Of a stretch of 64,000 nt of DNA, positions 23,950-37,330 are shown in pieces (the first letter of the stretch is position 1; the number at the start of each line of letters is the position of its first letter). The stretch covers positions 29,165,144 to 29,229,143 of the forward strand of contig NC_092380.1 in assembly GCF_030028105.1 (NCBI RefSeq), read 5' to 3'. The notes beneath the pieces were generated by a model. That model was not told the origin of the DNA and searched no databases. It saw nothing but the letters and a program-made list of their open reading frames with translations. The stretch comes from Mobula birostris (lineage: Eukaryota). A program made the translations under genes and the position numbers.

Positions 23950-25402
23950 ATCATAAGAAATAGGAGTAGAATTTTGTCATTTGGCCCATAAAATCTGCTC
24001 CTCCATTTCATCAACTCTGATCCATTTCCCTCTCAGCCCCATTTCCTGCCTTCTCCTTGTATCCCTTGATACCCTGAACAAAGAATCTACCAAACTCTGC
24101 CTTAAATATACATAAAGACTTGGCCTCCACAGCCGCCCGTGGCAATGAATTCCACAGATTCACCACCCTCTGGCTAAAGAAATTCCTCCTCAGCTACTTT
24201 CTAAAAGAACACCCCTCTATTGTGAAGCTGTTTCCTCTGGTCCTAGACTCTCCAGCTATAGAACATCCACACAATCAAGGTTTTTTTTTAATATTTGATA
24301 ATTTTCAATTAGGTCACCCCTCATCCTAGCAAATAAAGGCCAGAGCCATCAAACACTTTTTATATGAAAAGCCATTAACCATTAAATTCTGGAGTCATTT
24401 TCATGAAGCTCCTTTGAACCCTCTCCCGTGTCAGCACATTCCTTCTCCGATAAAAGGCCCAGAACTACTCATTATACTCTAAGCAAGGCCTCACCAGTGC
24501 TTTATAAGGCATCAACATTACATCCTTGCTTTTATATTTCTAGTCCTCTTGAAATTTGCCTTCCTCACCACAGATTGAACCTGCAAATTAACCTTTAGGG
24601 AATACTGCACAAGGACTCCCAAATCACTTTGCGCCTCAGATTTTTGAATTTTCTCTCCATTTAGAAAATAGTCAACCCTTTCATTTCTTCTACCAAAGTC
24701 CGTGATCATACACTTCCCAACACTGTATTTCATCTGCTGCTTCTTTGCCCATTCTCCTAATCTATATTTTTTTGTAGCCACTCTACTTCTTCAAAACTAC
24801 CTGCCCCTCCACCTAGTCTTCGTATCATCTGCAAATTTTGTAAGCAAGTCATGAATTTCGTCATCCAAGTCAATGAGATAGAATGTAGAAAGAAGTGGTC
24901 CCAACACAGACCCCTGTGGAACACTACTAGTCACTGGCAGCCAATCAGAAAAGACTCTCCTTATTCCCACTTGTTGCTTCCTGCCAATCAGCCACTATTT
25001 TATCTTTAGTATCTTTCCTGTCATACCTTGGGCTCTTAAATTGTTAAACAGCCTCATGTGTGGTACCTTGTTAAAGGCCTTCTGAAAATCCAAGTATACA
25101 TCAACTAATTCTCCCTTGTCTATCCTGCTTGTTATTTCTTCAAAGAATTCCAATAGAATTGTTAGACAAGATTTTCCCTTCAGGAAACCATGCAGACTAT
25201 GGGTTATTTTATCATGTGTCTCCAAGTACCCTGAAGCCACATCCTTAGCAATTGCCTCCCCGTCTTGAGATTCAGCACCAACCTGATTTTGCCAATCTGA
25301 TTGCATATTGAAATCCCCAATGATGATTGTAACATTGCCCTTTTGGCATGCATTTTCTTCTATCTCCTGGTGTAATTTGTAGACCTTATTACTGTTTGGG
25401 GT
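23950..25402 (-). mobile_element. CR1 LINE 3' part (degenerate)
   Basis: Translates HGFLKGKSCLTILLEFFEEITSRIDKGE...YLDFQKAFNKVPH; 3' end near 23950. Confidence 0.85.
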
Positions 25403-25462
25403 ACACACATCAAATTTGCTGGTGAACGCAGCAGGCCAGGCAGCATCTCTAGGAAGAGGTAC

Positions 25463-25498
25463 AGTCGACGTTTCGGGCCGAGACCCTTCATCAGGACT
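25463..25498 (-). ncRNA. Minimal type-I hammerhead ribozyme
   Basis: Minus strand reads AGTC-CTGATGA-AGGGTCTCGGCCC-GAAA-CGTC-GACT. Confidence 0.8.
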
Positions 25499-26123
25499 AA
25501 CTGAAGGAAGAGCTAGTAAGAGATTTGAAACTGGGAGGGGGAGGGGGAGATCCAAAATGATAGGAGAAGACAGGAGGGGGAGGGATGGTGCCAAGAGCTG
25601 GACAGGTGATTGGCAAAAGGGATATGAGAGGACCATGGGACAGAAGGCCCAGGGAGAAGGAAAAGGGGGAGGGGGGAAAAAACCCAGAGGATGGGCAAGG
25701 GGTATAGTCAGAAGAACAGAGGGAGAAAAAGGAGAGAGAGAGAGAAAGAATGTGTGTATATAAATAAATAACGGATAGGGTACGAGGGGGAGGTGGGGCA
25801 TTAGTGGAAGTTGGAGGTCAATGTTCATGCCATCAGGTTGGAGGTTACCCAGACGGAATATAAGGTGTTGTTCCTCCAACCTGAGTGTGGCTTCATCTTT
25901 ACAGTAGAGGAGGCCGTGGATAGACATATCAGAATGGGAATGGGATGTGGAGTTAAAATGTGTGGCCACTGGGAGAATGGAATGTGGAATTAAAATGTAT
26001 CCCTTTTGCCAATCCCCTGTCCAGCTGTTGGCTCCATCCCTCCCCCTCCTGTCTTCTCCTATCATTTTGGATCTCCCCCTCCCCCTCCCACTTTCAAATC
26101 TCTTACTAGCTCTTCCTTCAGTT

Positions 26124-26159
26124 AGTCCTGACGAAGGGTCTCGGCCCGAAACGTCGACT
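26124..26159 (+). ncRNA. Minimal type-I hammerhead ribozyme
   Basis: AGTC-CTGACGA-AGGGTCTCGGCCC-GAAA-CGTC-GACT. Confidence 0.8.
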
Positions 26160-26263
26160 GTACCTCCTCCTAGAGATGCTGCCTGGCCTGCTGCATTCAC
26201 CAGCAAATTTGAGGTGTGTTGCGTGAATTTCCAGCATCTGCAAAATTCCTCGTGTTTACTGTT

Positions 26264-28551
26264 TGGTGTGAGGATGAAACACAGAGAGTAAATATACTGC
26301 GAGCGATTAAGAAAGAGATGCTAGGTTCCAACGGCGAGAAGCTGCCAGAGGGCACTTTGTGTCCTGCAGCTGCTGTTGTTCACCAAGAATGATTCAGGTA
26401 AAAGCCCAAAAATTTGGTCATGGATAAGCTAAGTCCTCCTGCACCTCTACAGTTTACCAGCAATCTAAATGAAAAATGGAAACAGTTCCAACGATTCAAT
26501 ATATATTTATCAGTGAACTGAGCCGGAAGGGCTGATGAACATTTGAAAACATCTATCTTTCTACATGTAATTGGAAAAGATGCTTTGGACATCTACAACA
26601 GCTTTCAAATTGATGAAACAGACTTTGCATTGGACACTCTGATGACAAAGTTTGAGTATTTTGTCCCAAGTAAAAACGTCACGTTTGAAAGATATAAGTT
26701 CTTTTCCTGTGATCAAGAACAAGGTGTTAGTTATGACCAATACTAAACTGAGCTACACACACTGAGTCCTGTGAGTTTGGAGATTTAAGAGACTCACTAG
26801 TTAAAGACAAAGTAGTTTGTTGAATCCCAGATAATGTTCTCAGAGAAAGAATGCTCTGTGAAAAAGTTTTAACACTGAAAAAGACTGTGAATATGCCTAG
26901 GGCAGCGGAGATCATACAGTCAAAACCTGAGGAGCTGCGCAGTTCATGCTGTAAAAACAGAGGGCAGAACACAAGGCAGTTCCCAAAACAATGGCAAAGC
27001 AAAGAGATAGGCTCAAACAGCAAATGTGGAGGTAGGCACATCCCAAAGATGTTTACTGCATATGGAAAATCCTGCAATAATTGTGGGAAGTGGAATCATT
27101 TTGCAAAGTGCTGTAAAACTGGGGCTACCAAGACAAAGGTGCACACAGCTGCTGAAGAAAAGGAGGAAGTCTTTGTAGATTCTCTACCGACGGTGGGTGC
27201 TTGTAAATTGGAATGCATTGTTCCAGTGACTGTGAATGAGATAGTAATTCCATTTGAGCTTGACATTGGAGGCTAGGCAAATCTGTTATCCATGGATGAT
27301 TATAAGTCTCTCAAAGTAAAGAGCAAGATTTATTCAGTGAAGTTAAAAGTGACCGGCTATACTGGAAAGAAACTACCAGTAAAAAGTGGCCATATAGTGA
27401 TAAGCATTAGAGACAGCACCTAAATGCACAGCTACTGATTGCCGAAAAGTAAGTACAGCCAATATTAGGTCTGAGTGCATGTGAAAATCTCAACCTGGTG
27501 AAAAAGAGTTTTCATAGTGGCTTCACTGACCAAAAGTGACGAGGAAGGCTGTGCAGATGTTCTGGAAGGGCTCAGATGCTTACCTGATGTAACTTGAGAA
27601 ACTTGTAACAGCATCCACAAGAGCTCCAGAGAGATTATGCAAGAGAAGCACAAGAACACCACATTCTATAGACATCTGTACCAGTTACACCAGCATGACA
27701 ATTAGCCAGTGCTAATCAGAGTGATCATAATGAAGAAGTCGTCATTCTTGCTTCCACATCATGCAGCTTTGGTTCAAAATCTGCCCCTTATTGACTCCTA
27801 GATAAAGACTGAAAATCAAAAAATATCTCCATGATCCTTTTCAAAGTTGAAGATGAAAAACAAAAAGGTACACTGACCCAAAAGTCAGGACAACAGTAAT
27901 AGTTCAACACAAAACAGCAGGAGTTGCTATCTATGATGCACAGCCAACATAAGGAGCTCTGTGAAATGAGACAGAATCAGTTGAACCTTGTGCAAATACT
28001 CACTGATCACATGGATATAGTCGAGGACTCCGTTATGAGGTATGTGAAGTAAGTTATGGCCACACAGCAAGAACAAGAACAAAAACAAGAACAGAGATGA
28101 ACCGATAGGATGTAAGTAGAAGGATGTGAAAGAAATAAACATGAATTCTCAAAAAGACACTCATAAAAATGCAGCAGATGAAAACAATACATCTGAGGCA
28201 ACAAATGTTAGATCGAAAGGGATCATCAATCCACCACAGAGATGTATTGAAAGTAGCTGTGTGAATAAGGGACTGTATTTGCTTATTACAATTGGTTAAT
28301 GTACTGCAGGTGTCTTTGTTGGAATGCATTATTACTTCTTGCAGGTTTATGAGGACGCAGAATTGTGTTCCTTTTTTCTTTAAAGGGGGAAGATGTGTTA
28401 TTATGTTCCCAGTGTGCAATGCAGGTGATTCAACCCAGAACCAGTCAACTGGTCATAGTACTCATGCTGGCTGAACCCATTGCTGCTGTGTCCCAAATAA
28501 AGATGTGTTAGTTTTTACCTATGCTAAGTTGTCTTTTATCAAGAACTAACA
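26264..28551 (+). mobile_element. Gypsy LTR retrotransposon relic (gag-protease, pol mostly deleted, PPT and 3' LTR)
   Basis: MDKLSPPAPLQFTSNLNEKWKQF at 26420, zinc knuckle CNNCGKWNHFAKCC, protease-like FELDIGG. PPT AAAGGGGGAAGA precedes TG at 28394, with a CA end at ~28551. PBS-like TGGTGTGAGGA at 26264. Confidence 0.8.
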
Positions 28552-28559
28552 TAAGAAAT

Positions 28560-29620
28560 CCTCCTTCACTCCAGAGAGAAAAGCCCTAGCTTTCTCAACA
28601 TATCCTCGACATGTTGTCTATTGCAGGCATCATCCTGGTAAATTTTCTGCACCAACTCCAAAGCTTCCAACAATGAGGCATGCAGAGGTAAACCCAATAT
28701 TGCAAGTGTGGTCTAACCAGCATGTTATTGAGCTGGTGGCTCTCGAATGCAGTCCTCCAACTAATGAAAGCCAACATACCATGCATTTTCTTAACAGCCC
28801 TATCAACCCATTCAGCAACTTTGAGGGATCTATGGACATGGAACCCATGATACCTCTGTTCCTCCACACAGCTAAGAATACTGCCATTAATCCTAATTTC
28901 TGGCTTGAAAATTGGCCTTCCAAAGTGAATCACTTCACACTTATACGGGTTGAACCCCATCTGCTGCTTCTCAGCCCAGCTCTGCGTTCTATCAATGTGC
29001 CATTTTAACCTATGGCAATATTCTACACTATCCACAACTTCACCAACCTTTGTGTCATCTGCAAACTTTCGATCCAACCCTTCCACTTCCTCATCCAAGT
29101 TGCTTATAAAATTCTCAAACAGCTGGGGTGCCAGAACAGATCTCTACAGAACACCACTGGTCTCCATCCTCCAGAATACACTCCATTCTGTCTTCTGTGG
29201 GCAAGCCACACTGCAAGCATTGTTGTGAATCTTCACTGCATCCTTGCTAATTTACTGACATCCTTCCTATTGTGGTCTCGCCAACAACATGTTTGTGTAA
29301 TATGAGGTCCCAACTCCTTTACTTAATGCACTGTCTGATGAAAGCCAGCTTTTCATACACCTTCACCATTCTGTGTATCTACATCACTAATTTCAAGGAA
29401 CAATATGCAAGTATCCCTATGTGCTTTTCTTTAACAACACTCTCTAGGGTCACAACAGTTGTAGTGGAAGTCCTGCATTTTCAGTTTTCAAAATGCAACA
29501 CTTCACACTTGTCAGAGTTAAATTCCACCTGCCATTCCTTGCCCTCACCATTTCATTGACATCCCATTGTACCCTGAATAAACATCCCTGTCAATTATAC
29601 CACGAACTCTGGTGTCACCA
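28560..29620 (-). mobile_element. CR1 RT fragments
   Basis: ORF 28595-29098 with KFADDTKVG...FNPYKCEVIHFG...LVRPHLQY. Confidence 0.85.
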
Positions 29621-29639
29621 CAGTCAAACCATATTTCTT

Positions 29640-30720
29640 GGAATGGAGACTGGAGTGCAACAGGGTTTGGTGTTGGGACGCCTGTTATTTGTTACTTATG
29701 TAAATGATTTGGATGCAAATGTACAAGGCTTGATCAGTAAGTTTGCAGAGGATACAAAATCAGGATGAGTTGAAAATATTGAAGTATTACAGATGGATAT
29801 TGATCAGTTAGGGAAGTGGTCTGAGAACTAGCAAATGGATTTCAATATTTGATAAATGCGACATGATACATTTTGGAATGTCAACCAAGACTCATGTATA
29901 CTATAAATGTACAGGCACTGAGGAGCTTAACAGAACAGAGGGATCTAGCAATGCTTAGTTTGCTGAAAGCAGCATCATGGCTGGACAGGATGATGAAGGG
30001 CACATTTGGCACACTGGCTTATTTTGGCTTGGGTGTTGGTTATGGGAGTTGAGACATTACGTTTGCAGTTGTATAAATTTTTGGAGGACTCTGTACAATT
30101 TTGATCATCCTATTGAAGAAAAGACATGTTTAAACCGGAAAGAGTGCAGAAAAGATTTGCAGGGATGTTGTCAAGACTAGAGGGCTTCAGTAATAGGCAG
30201 AGATTGATCAGGCTAGTTTTTTTATTCCTTGGAGCAAGGGAGTATGAAGGAAGCACAGTTACATGGAGCACTGTAACAGGAAAGCAGCATCCATCATCAA
30301 GGAGCCCCGCCATTCAGGACATGCTCTCTTCTTGCTGCTTCCAGCAGGAAGGAGGCTCAGGATCCACATCACCAGGTTTAGGAATAGTTATTACCCCTCA
30401 TCCAAAAGGTTCTTGAACCAGAGAGGATAACGTCACTCAACTTCACTTGCCTTACCATCGAAATACTCCTACAACCTATGCACTCTCTTTTAAGGACTCT
30501 TCATCTCATATTCTCAAAATTTATTGTTTATTTATTTATTTTTGTATTCACACAGTTCACTGTCTTCTGCACATTATTTGTTTGTCCATCCTGTTGGGTG
30601 TTGTCTTTCATTGATTCTATTGTGTTTCTTGGATTCACTGAGAATGCCCAAAGAAAATGAATTTCAGTGTTGTAAATGGTGATATATATGCTCTTTGATA
30701 AATTTACTTTGAACTTTGAA
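29640..30720 (+). mobile_element. CR1 fragment followed by a Rex1/Babar-like 3' end
   Basis: GVQQGLVLGRLLF...ISKFAEDTK, then an AASIIK-like segment and a TTTGAACTTTGAA tail near 30710. Confidence 0.7.
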
Positions 30721-30969
30721 GCTGGATTGTAACAGTTGTTTCCCAGCTTAGGAAAAACCAAAAGTAGGGGGCATGAGTTTGGGATGCGAGGGAAAGATGT
30801 AAATTTGGACCTGAAGATTAATCTTTTCATTTAAAGGCTGGTGACTGTACAGGCTATCTCCCTCAATCTACATCCACCAAGCCAATCGTGTAACCATTAA
30901 TGTTCGGCTCACTGACTTGGTCCCTGGCTTATCCTTGCAGCCTTTCATAAGTAAAGATAAAACATTAGC

Positions 30970-31680
30970 CATCCTCTCGAGTAAATTCTAAATGTCTAGT
31001 TTGGCCTCCTGTAAAGAACTATCTAGTCCTCCTCTGGAAGAGAGTCTAGAAGTCTAGTTAGGCCTCCTCTGAAGTATTGTTCAGGCCTCACCTGGAATAG
31101 CGTCTAAGTGTCTAGTATGGCTTCGTGTGGAGTAGAGTTCAAAGGTATAGTTAGGCCTCGTCTGGTGTAAAGTCTAAAAGTCTAGTTAGACTTCATCTGG
31201 AGTAGAGTCTAGGCCTCTCTAGAACAGAGTATAAAAATCTAGTTAGGCTTTCTCTTGAATAGGATCTAAAAATCTAGTTAGTACCCTTCTAGAGTACAGT
31301 CTAAAAGTCTACTCCAGCACCACTGGAATTCTGTTTCGACCTCCTCTGGAACAGAGTCTAAAAGTCTAGTTAGGCCTCCTAAAGAATAGTGTCTAGGCCT
31401 CCTCTGGAGTAGAGTTTAGAAGACTATTATGGCCTTGCCTGGAGCAAAGTCTAAAATTGTAGTTTGGCCTCCTCTGGAATAGAGTCTAAAAGTCTAGTTA
31501 GGCCTCCTCTAGAGTAGAGTCTGACAGTTTAGCTTTGTCTTCTATGGTGTAGAGTCCAAGGGTATAGTAAGGCGTCATCTAGGATAAAGTCTAAAAGTCG
31601 AGATAGGTCTTCTCTAGAGTAGAGTCTAGGCCTCCTCTGGAGTAGAGTCCAAAAGTCGAGTTAGGTCTCCTCTGGAATAC
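30970..31680. repeat. 35/23-bp minisatellite (cassette B copy)
   Basis: Same unit as 15880-18290; ends in CTCTGGAATA...CATTCAATTCTG as in cassette A. Confidence 0.9.
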
Positions 31681-34366
31681 TGCATTCAATTCTGTTGGTT
31701 ACATTATAGGAAAGACTTGAAGTCTTTGGAGAGGGTTCAGAGTGTACATTTACTAGGATGTTACCTGGATTAGAAGCATATGCTATAAGGAGAATTTAGG
31801 CAAATTTGGGTGATTTCTCTTGGGAGGTGGAGCTTCAGAGAAACCTGGCAGTGGTTATAAGATTATGAGAAGCATTGACAGAGAAGACAACAATTTCCCC
31901 AGGGATTAAATATCTAATATGAGTGGACAAGCATTTAAGATGAGTATGGGAATGTTCAAATGTGTGGTACAGTGCAAATATTTTGCCTGGAGAGTGGTGG
32001 ATGCCTGGAATGTACTGCTGACACTCAGTTAACCAAGATTCCCATGTAATTTCTGATACCTTCTTCAGTCTCTCTGCTAGTTTAATTTAGTAATGGCAAA
32101 GGATTGGTCAGCTCCACTGGTTAGGGCTGTGAACTGCAGCAGGGTCATGTTGGTGGAATTCAGATCCAGACAAGGTCTATTTGAAGAGGTTGTATGAAAG
32201 GAAATGAATGAATGGCAAGTGGGAGGAGTTAATAAGTGGAAAAGCAAGTGTCCAAGAACAGTATGTTCCTGTTTGGGTGAAGGATAACCTGGCAAGTATT
32301 AGGAACCTTGGCTAATGAGAGATATTGAAGATAGGGTCAAGACAAAAAGGAGACAAACACTTCATCCAGGAGATTAGCATCGAGCAAGTCATTTGATAAC
32401 TATTAGAAGATTAACAACACTCTTAGGAGGGAAACCAGAAGGCAAAGAGAAGGTTTGAGATGGGTCTGGCAGGTAAGGTTAAGGAATCTCCCAAGAGGTT
32501 CTCCAGCTGTATTAAGAGTAAAGGGGTGGCTAGGGAGAGGTTCGGTCTCCTTAGAGATCAGCATGTCTGCCAAGATCTTCAGCTGCAGGTGGGTGGGATT
32601 TGTAATGAATTTTCTCTTCAATGTTTACCAAGGAGAAAATCATTCTCAAGAGATAAAATAAACAAGTGGAGATCTTTTCTAGGACATTTATGTTACCGAG
32701 GAGGAGGTACTTGCAGTGCTACAGCACATCAAGATGGGTAAAAGCAGAAGGCCTGACAGAGGATTGACAAATGGATTACAATTCAGATGACGTATTTTGG
32801 AAAGTCAAATCAAGGTAGGACATGAATGGTGGGGAACTAGGGAGTGTCACTGGAGAGAGGGAATGAGAAGTACAAGAGCATTGTTCATTGAAAGTGGCAT
32901 CACTGGCAGACCGGGCAGTGAAAGACATCAGTCAGTCAGGGCGTTTAATCCGGAAGTTGGGAGGAATGTGGACGTCGTATCTGCGCTTTGTTGCTCTATG
33001 ACTCAACCACCTAGCTTAGTGTCATCTTCAAACAAACTATCCATGTCTTGTACACTCTCATCCAAATTCTTTATATGAAAGATGAAAAGCAATGGGACCG
33101 GCGCCGAACCCTGTGACTCGTCACTCCTGACTGATCTCCAGTCCCGTAAACAACCTTCGACCATCACCCCCGTCTCCTAACATCAAGCCGAGTATCTATC
33201 CACTTCTACCTCTCCCTGGATTCCCGTGTCATCTAACCTTCCAGACTGCAGTTCCGTAGGGACTTTGTCTAATTTATGTTTCATTGATACTTTTCTTCTG
33301 AATGAAGCATCTCTAATACGATGTGGCTATGATGCCCTCATCAAATCTCTGGGTTACCTCTTCAAGGAACTCAAACAGATTTGTGAGATTAACTGAGGAA
33401 TTGAACATAAAAGTAGGGAGGTCAATTAACGGTCTTCATCTCCTATTTAAACTGAACGTGCAGCCCACTTAAGGAGGAGATAAATCTAACACTAACCAGG
33501 GATCAGGACTGTGAGGAGCGCCGGTTTCGGGGTGTTACTGAACTGGAATTATACAAATAACATGCGAATAATCCGGAGAGCAGGTCGATCGGAGAAGAAA
33601 ACCTGCGCCGGGAACTGTGCACCGGGCCAACAGTTTGCTGTGAATATACAGATTTGAACGGTGTGTCAGAGAGTAAACAAGATAAAAACTGCAGATGCTG
33701 GAAATCCGAGCAACACGTACAAAATGCTGGAGGAACTCAGCAGGCCAGACAGCATCTATGGAAAAAAGTACTGTGGACATTTCGGGCCGAACCCTGAGTC
33801 CAGCATTTTGTGGGTGTGTCAGAGAGAGTGTGTCAGAGGGCCGGATGGCTTAGACTGGTATCTCTGTGTTTGTGAGTCCGGCCACATCGCTGGATTTTTC
33901 AACCCCACCTTTCGAAAATAAAACGATTTCTCTGTCACGGGGTGGCCCAGCTCCCCAGCTCAGTCCTGAAGTGGGAATTAACCGCAACTTTTTCGTTGGT
34001 TTCAATATTTCAGTCAGAAAACTGCGAAAATGTCGCGATCTCGGGTAAGAAGAAGACCAGTACAGCAGTGAAACGGGTTGATATAGAAACTGCTGCATTT
34101 AATTCGGACCAAGCTTTCTTTACAGCAGAGAATCCGGCCTCGGGCACAGACAGAGAGCGGTCTGGGTCTTGGGGATGTCCTATTTTAATCGGAATCGGAG
34201 AGTTTTTCGGGAGAGAGAAACACAGAGAGACGGAGCGGCCGGGAGCTGACTGCAGGATGTCTCCGCCCCGTCCGCTCGCTGCCTTTAAATTGCTCAGCAC
34301 CGCCGCCTCTCGCTTCATTTCTCACTCACTTCAGAGTTCGAGAGAGTTTGTGCAGAGGTTCCGACC

Positions 34367-34960
34367 ATGACCGAGACCGCAGAAGTGGCTCCACCAGCAG
34401 CACCCGCCACCACACCCAAGGCTACCAAGAAGAAGAAGGCGGCCGTCCGGACCAAGTCAACCGGTCCCAAACTGGGCGATCAGATCGACAAGATTGTGGC
34501 CGATTGCCGCAGTCAGCGAGGGGTGTCCGTAGCCGCGATAAAGAAGAGTTTGGCCAGCAGCGGCGTCGATGTACAAAAGCTGAAAGGTCAGATCAGGATG
34601 GCCATTAAAAGGAAATTGGATAAAGGCACCCTGGTTCACACTAAGGGCGCAGGTGCCTCCGGCTCCTTGAGAGCCGCTAAAAAAGAACATACCGGGAAAG
34701 TCGTGAAAAAAGCGAAGAAACCAGCGACCAAGAAATCTGTGGCCAAGAAAACAGGTGCCAAGAAATCTCCCACCAAGACCAAAGGGGTTAAGAAAACTGC
34801 GGTTAAAAAAGCGGCAGCTAAGAAAACAGCGACCAAGAAGACCGCGCAGAAGCCCAAGAGTCCGAAGAAGGTCGCAGCCCCCAAGGTGGCCAAGAAGTCG
34901 GCAAAACCCAAGCCGAAGGCAAAATCTGTGAAAACCAAGAAGACAGCGGCCAAAAAGTAA
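34367..34960 (+). CDS. H1: Linker histone H1, replication-dependent (197 aa)
   Basis: Near-identical to 20385-21008 with a 10-aa shorter tail. AAACACA at 34218-34224, stem-loop at 34985-35000. Confidence 0.97.
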   Translation: MTETAEVAPPAAPATTPKATKKKKAAVRTKSTGPKLGDQIDKIVADCRSQRGVSVAAIKKSLASSGVDVQKLKGQIRMAIKRKLDKGTLVHTKGAGASGSLRAAKKEHTGKVVKKAKKPATKKSVAKKTGAKKSPTKTKGVKKTAVKKAAAKKTATKKTAQKPKSPKKVAAPKVAKKSAKPKPKAKSVKTKKTAAKK

Positions 34961-34984
34961 ATACAGTAAAGACCCGAAACCAAA

Positions 34985-35024
34985 GGCTCTTTTAAGAGCC
35001 ACCCACATCTCCCAGATAAGAGCT
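34985..35024 (+). terminator. Histone 3' stem-loop and HDE (H1 copy B)
   Basis: GGCTCTTTTAAGAGCC-ACCCA, then AGATAAGAGCTG. Confidence 0.95.
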
Positions 35025-36843
35025 GATCCAGAATCACGCGATTCCAGATCCTGGTCGGTTTAGATGTCAGTACGAACTACTTTCAGAAAACCCGGGATCC
35101 CCGGTGCCTCGTTGACATTCGGCGTTGCCGTCCCTTCCCTACTATCTGAAATAAAATACAGTATCGGATGTTCGGACCGAGACTCAATTGGACATGAATT
35201 TGTTCCGCTTCAGTCTCCGTTCAAAGGCCGTTTCTTATTTGGGGCCGGGAGATGGTAGCACTGGCGGAGAATCTCTGTCTCAGCTCAAAGTCCAACATGG
35301 AAGTTTCAATTAAGGGTTAAAGTGACAAAACTGCTAAACTATCTGAGGAGAGGGAACAGGCTCTGGGCATGGACTGGAGAGGGATGAAACATGGTACAGA
35401 AATTACCGGGTAACATGTAGTACTTTTAACTATTTTATATATGTATATATACTTATTTACTTTTCCTATATTATCATGTATTGCATTGTACTGCTGCCGC
35501 CAAGTTAATAAATTTTACGATATATGCCGGTGATATTAAACCTGATTCTGATTCAATAAAGAACTCGCGCTTCTGAAGGGCTGCGCGGAGCGCTGTATTT
35601 CCATTCTATGTTCGGATCAAGCGTTGGAAATTAGCGGTGGAGTAAAATTGGGACAGAGCTGTAAGATGAAATGCCTCTCTCTGCTCCATTACTCCGACAC
35701 TGTTTCTCTCGGCAGGTCAGAGCGCTGTGTATAAAAGGAGAGGGCGACAATGGGTTTGTCGTTGAGCAACGACTTGGAGCGGGCAGAGATAGATAATTTA
35801 ATTGTTTGCCATTGATTCCTGTGATTCTGTTGCGGCTTTGTTTCCCCCAAAAAACAATTTAGTAAATGCAGTAAATTAAATCGATCTTAATTCTTTGTTT
35901 TCAAGTTTCCGGCAGGACTGAATTAACTCACCTCGAGAAGCTATTCAGTAAACGTGCAAACATTCAGGTTCAATTAATTGAGAGGTTAAAATGCTGATTT
36001 AAATAAAGATGAAATTAGATCATTCATTATTATTAATTGTAAGCAACGAGCCCCGGTTGCTCAAAAAATTGGCGGGCGATTTGAAATTGGCGGGCGATCC
36101 GGCTCTGGCAATGGACTGGAGAGGGATGAAACATACAGAAATTACCCGGTAACATGCTATGACTGTCTTTGCATTATTTGTACTATTTTATATATATATA
36201 TGCTTAGAACATAGAACAGTACAGCACAGTACAGGCCCTTCGGCCCACAATGTTGTGCCGAACCTTAAACCCTGCCTCCCATATAGATTATTTATTTTCC
36301 CAAAAAAGACATTTCGTATATACAGGTACAGTAAATAAAATTGATCTCAATCCTCTCCTTATCCTCCCATTTCCGGCAGAACTGAATTCACTCGCCTCAA
36401 GAAGCTATACACTAAATATGCAAACATTCAGATTTAAATAATTGAGAGAAGTAAAAACGATTATTTAAGTGAAGGTGAAATTTGACAATTCATGATTCTA
36501 TTACTGTAACTAGGCAACTAGCCCCGATAGCTCTAGAAATTGGCGGGCGATTTGAAATTGACCGGACATCCAATCCCTGCAGTCGGATTGGCTGGATTCT
36601 GACCCTCAGTCACTAGTTTCCATATTTGGTCACAGATAATATTCCTCAACCCCCACGCCGGACAGCTTCAAACTGATTAAGGAAAGCCAGCCAATCGCAC
36701 TGCTGAGACCCTATGATGGACATCTCCATTCCAACCAATCAGAAGGGGAGCCGGGCGGCCCTTCATCAACTCTTTAAAAGCCAGACCCAGCGTCTGCTCT
36801 GACACTTCAATCCTGATATTTCAGGCTGTAATCGCACTGCTGA

Positions 36844-37260
<417 letters not shown>

Positions 37261-37289
37261 ACCCGACCTCGGCACCAAGCACAACAAAA

Positions 37290-37330
37290 GGCTCTTTTCA
37301 GAGCCACCACTCCGGCAGAGAAGAGGGCTC
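37290..37330 (+). terminator. Histone 3' stem-loop and HDE (H3 copy B)
   Basis: GGCTCTTTTCAGAGCC (37290-37305), then AGAGAAGAGGGCT. Confidence 0.93.

Larger units (their letters stand above)
25403..26255. mobile_element. Inverted pair of Penelope-like ends (minus ~25403-25975, plus ~25998-26255)
   Basis: Long inverted repeat; the minus arm encodes the GIY-YIG C-terminus (HGLLYCKDEATLRLEEQHLIFRLGNLQPDGMNID). Flanked by TTACTGTTTGG at 25389-25399 and 26256-26266. Confidence 0.88.

Noticed and set aside
24995-26206. 403-aa minus-strand ORF
   Set aside because: A chance in-frame fusion of inverted Penelope arms and CR1 debris, not a gene.
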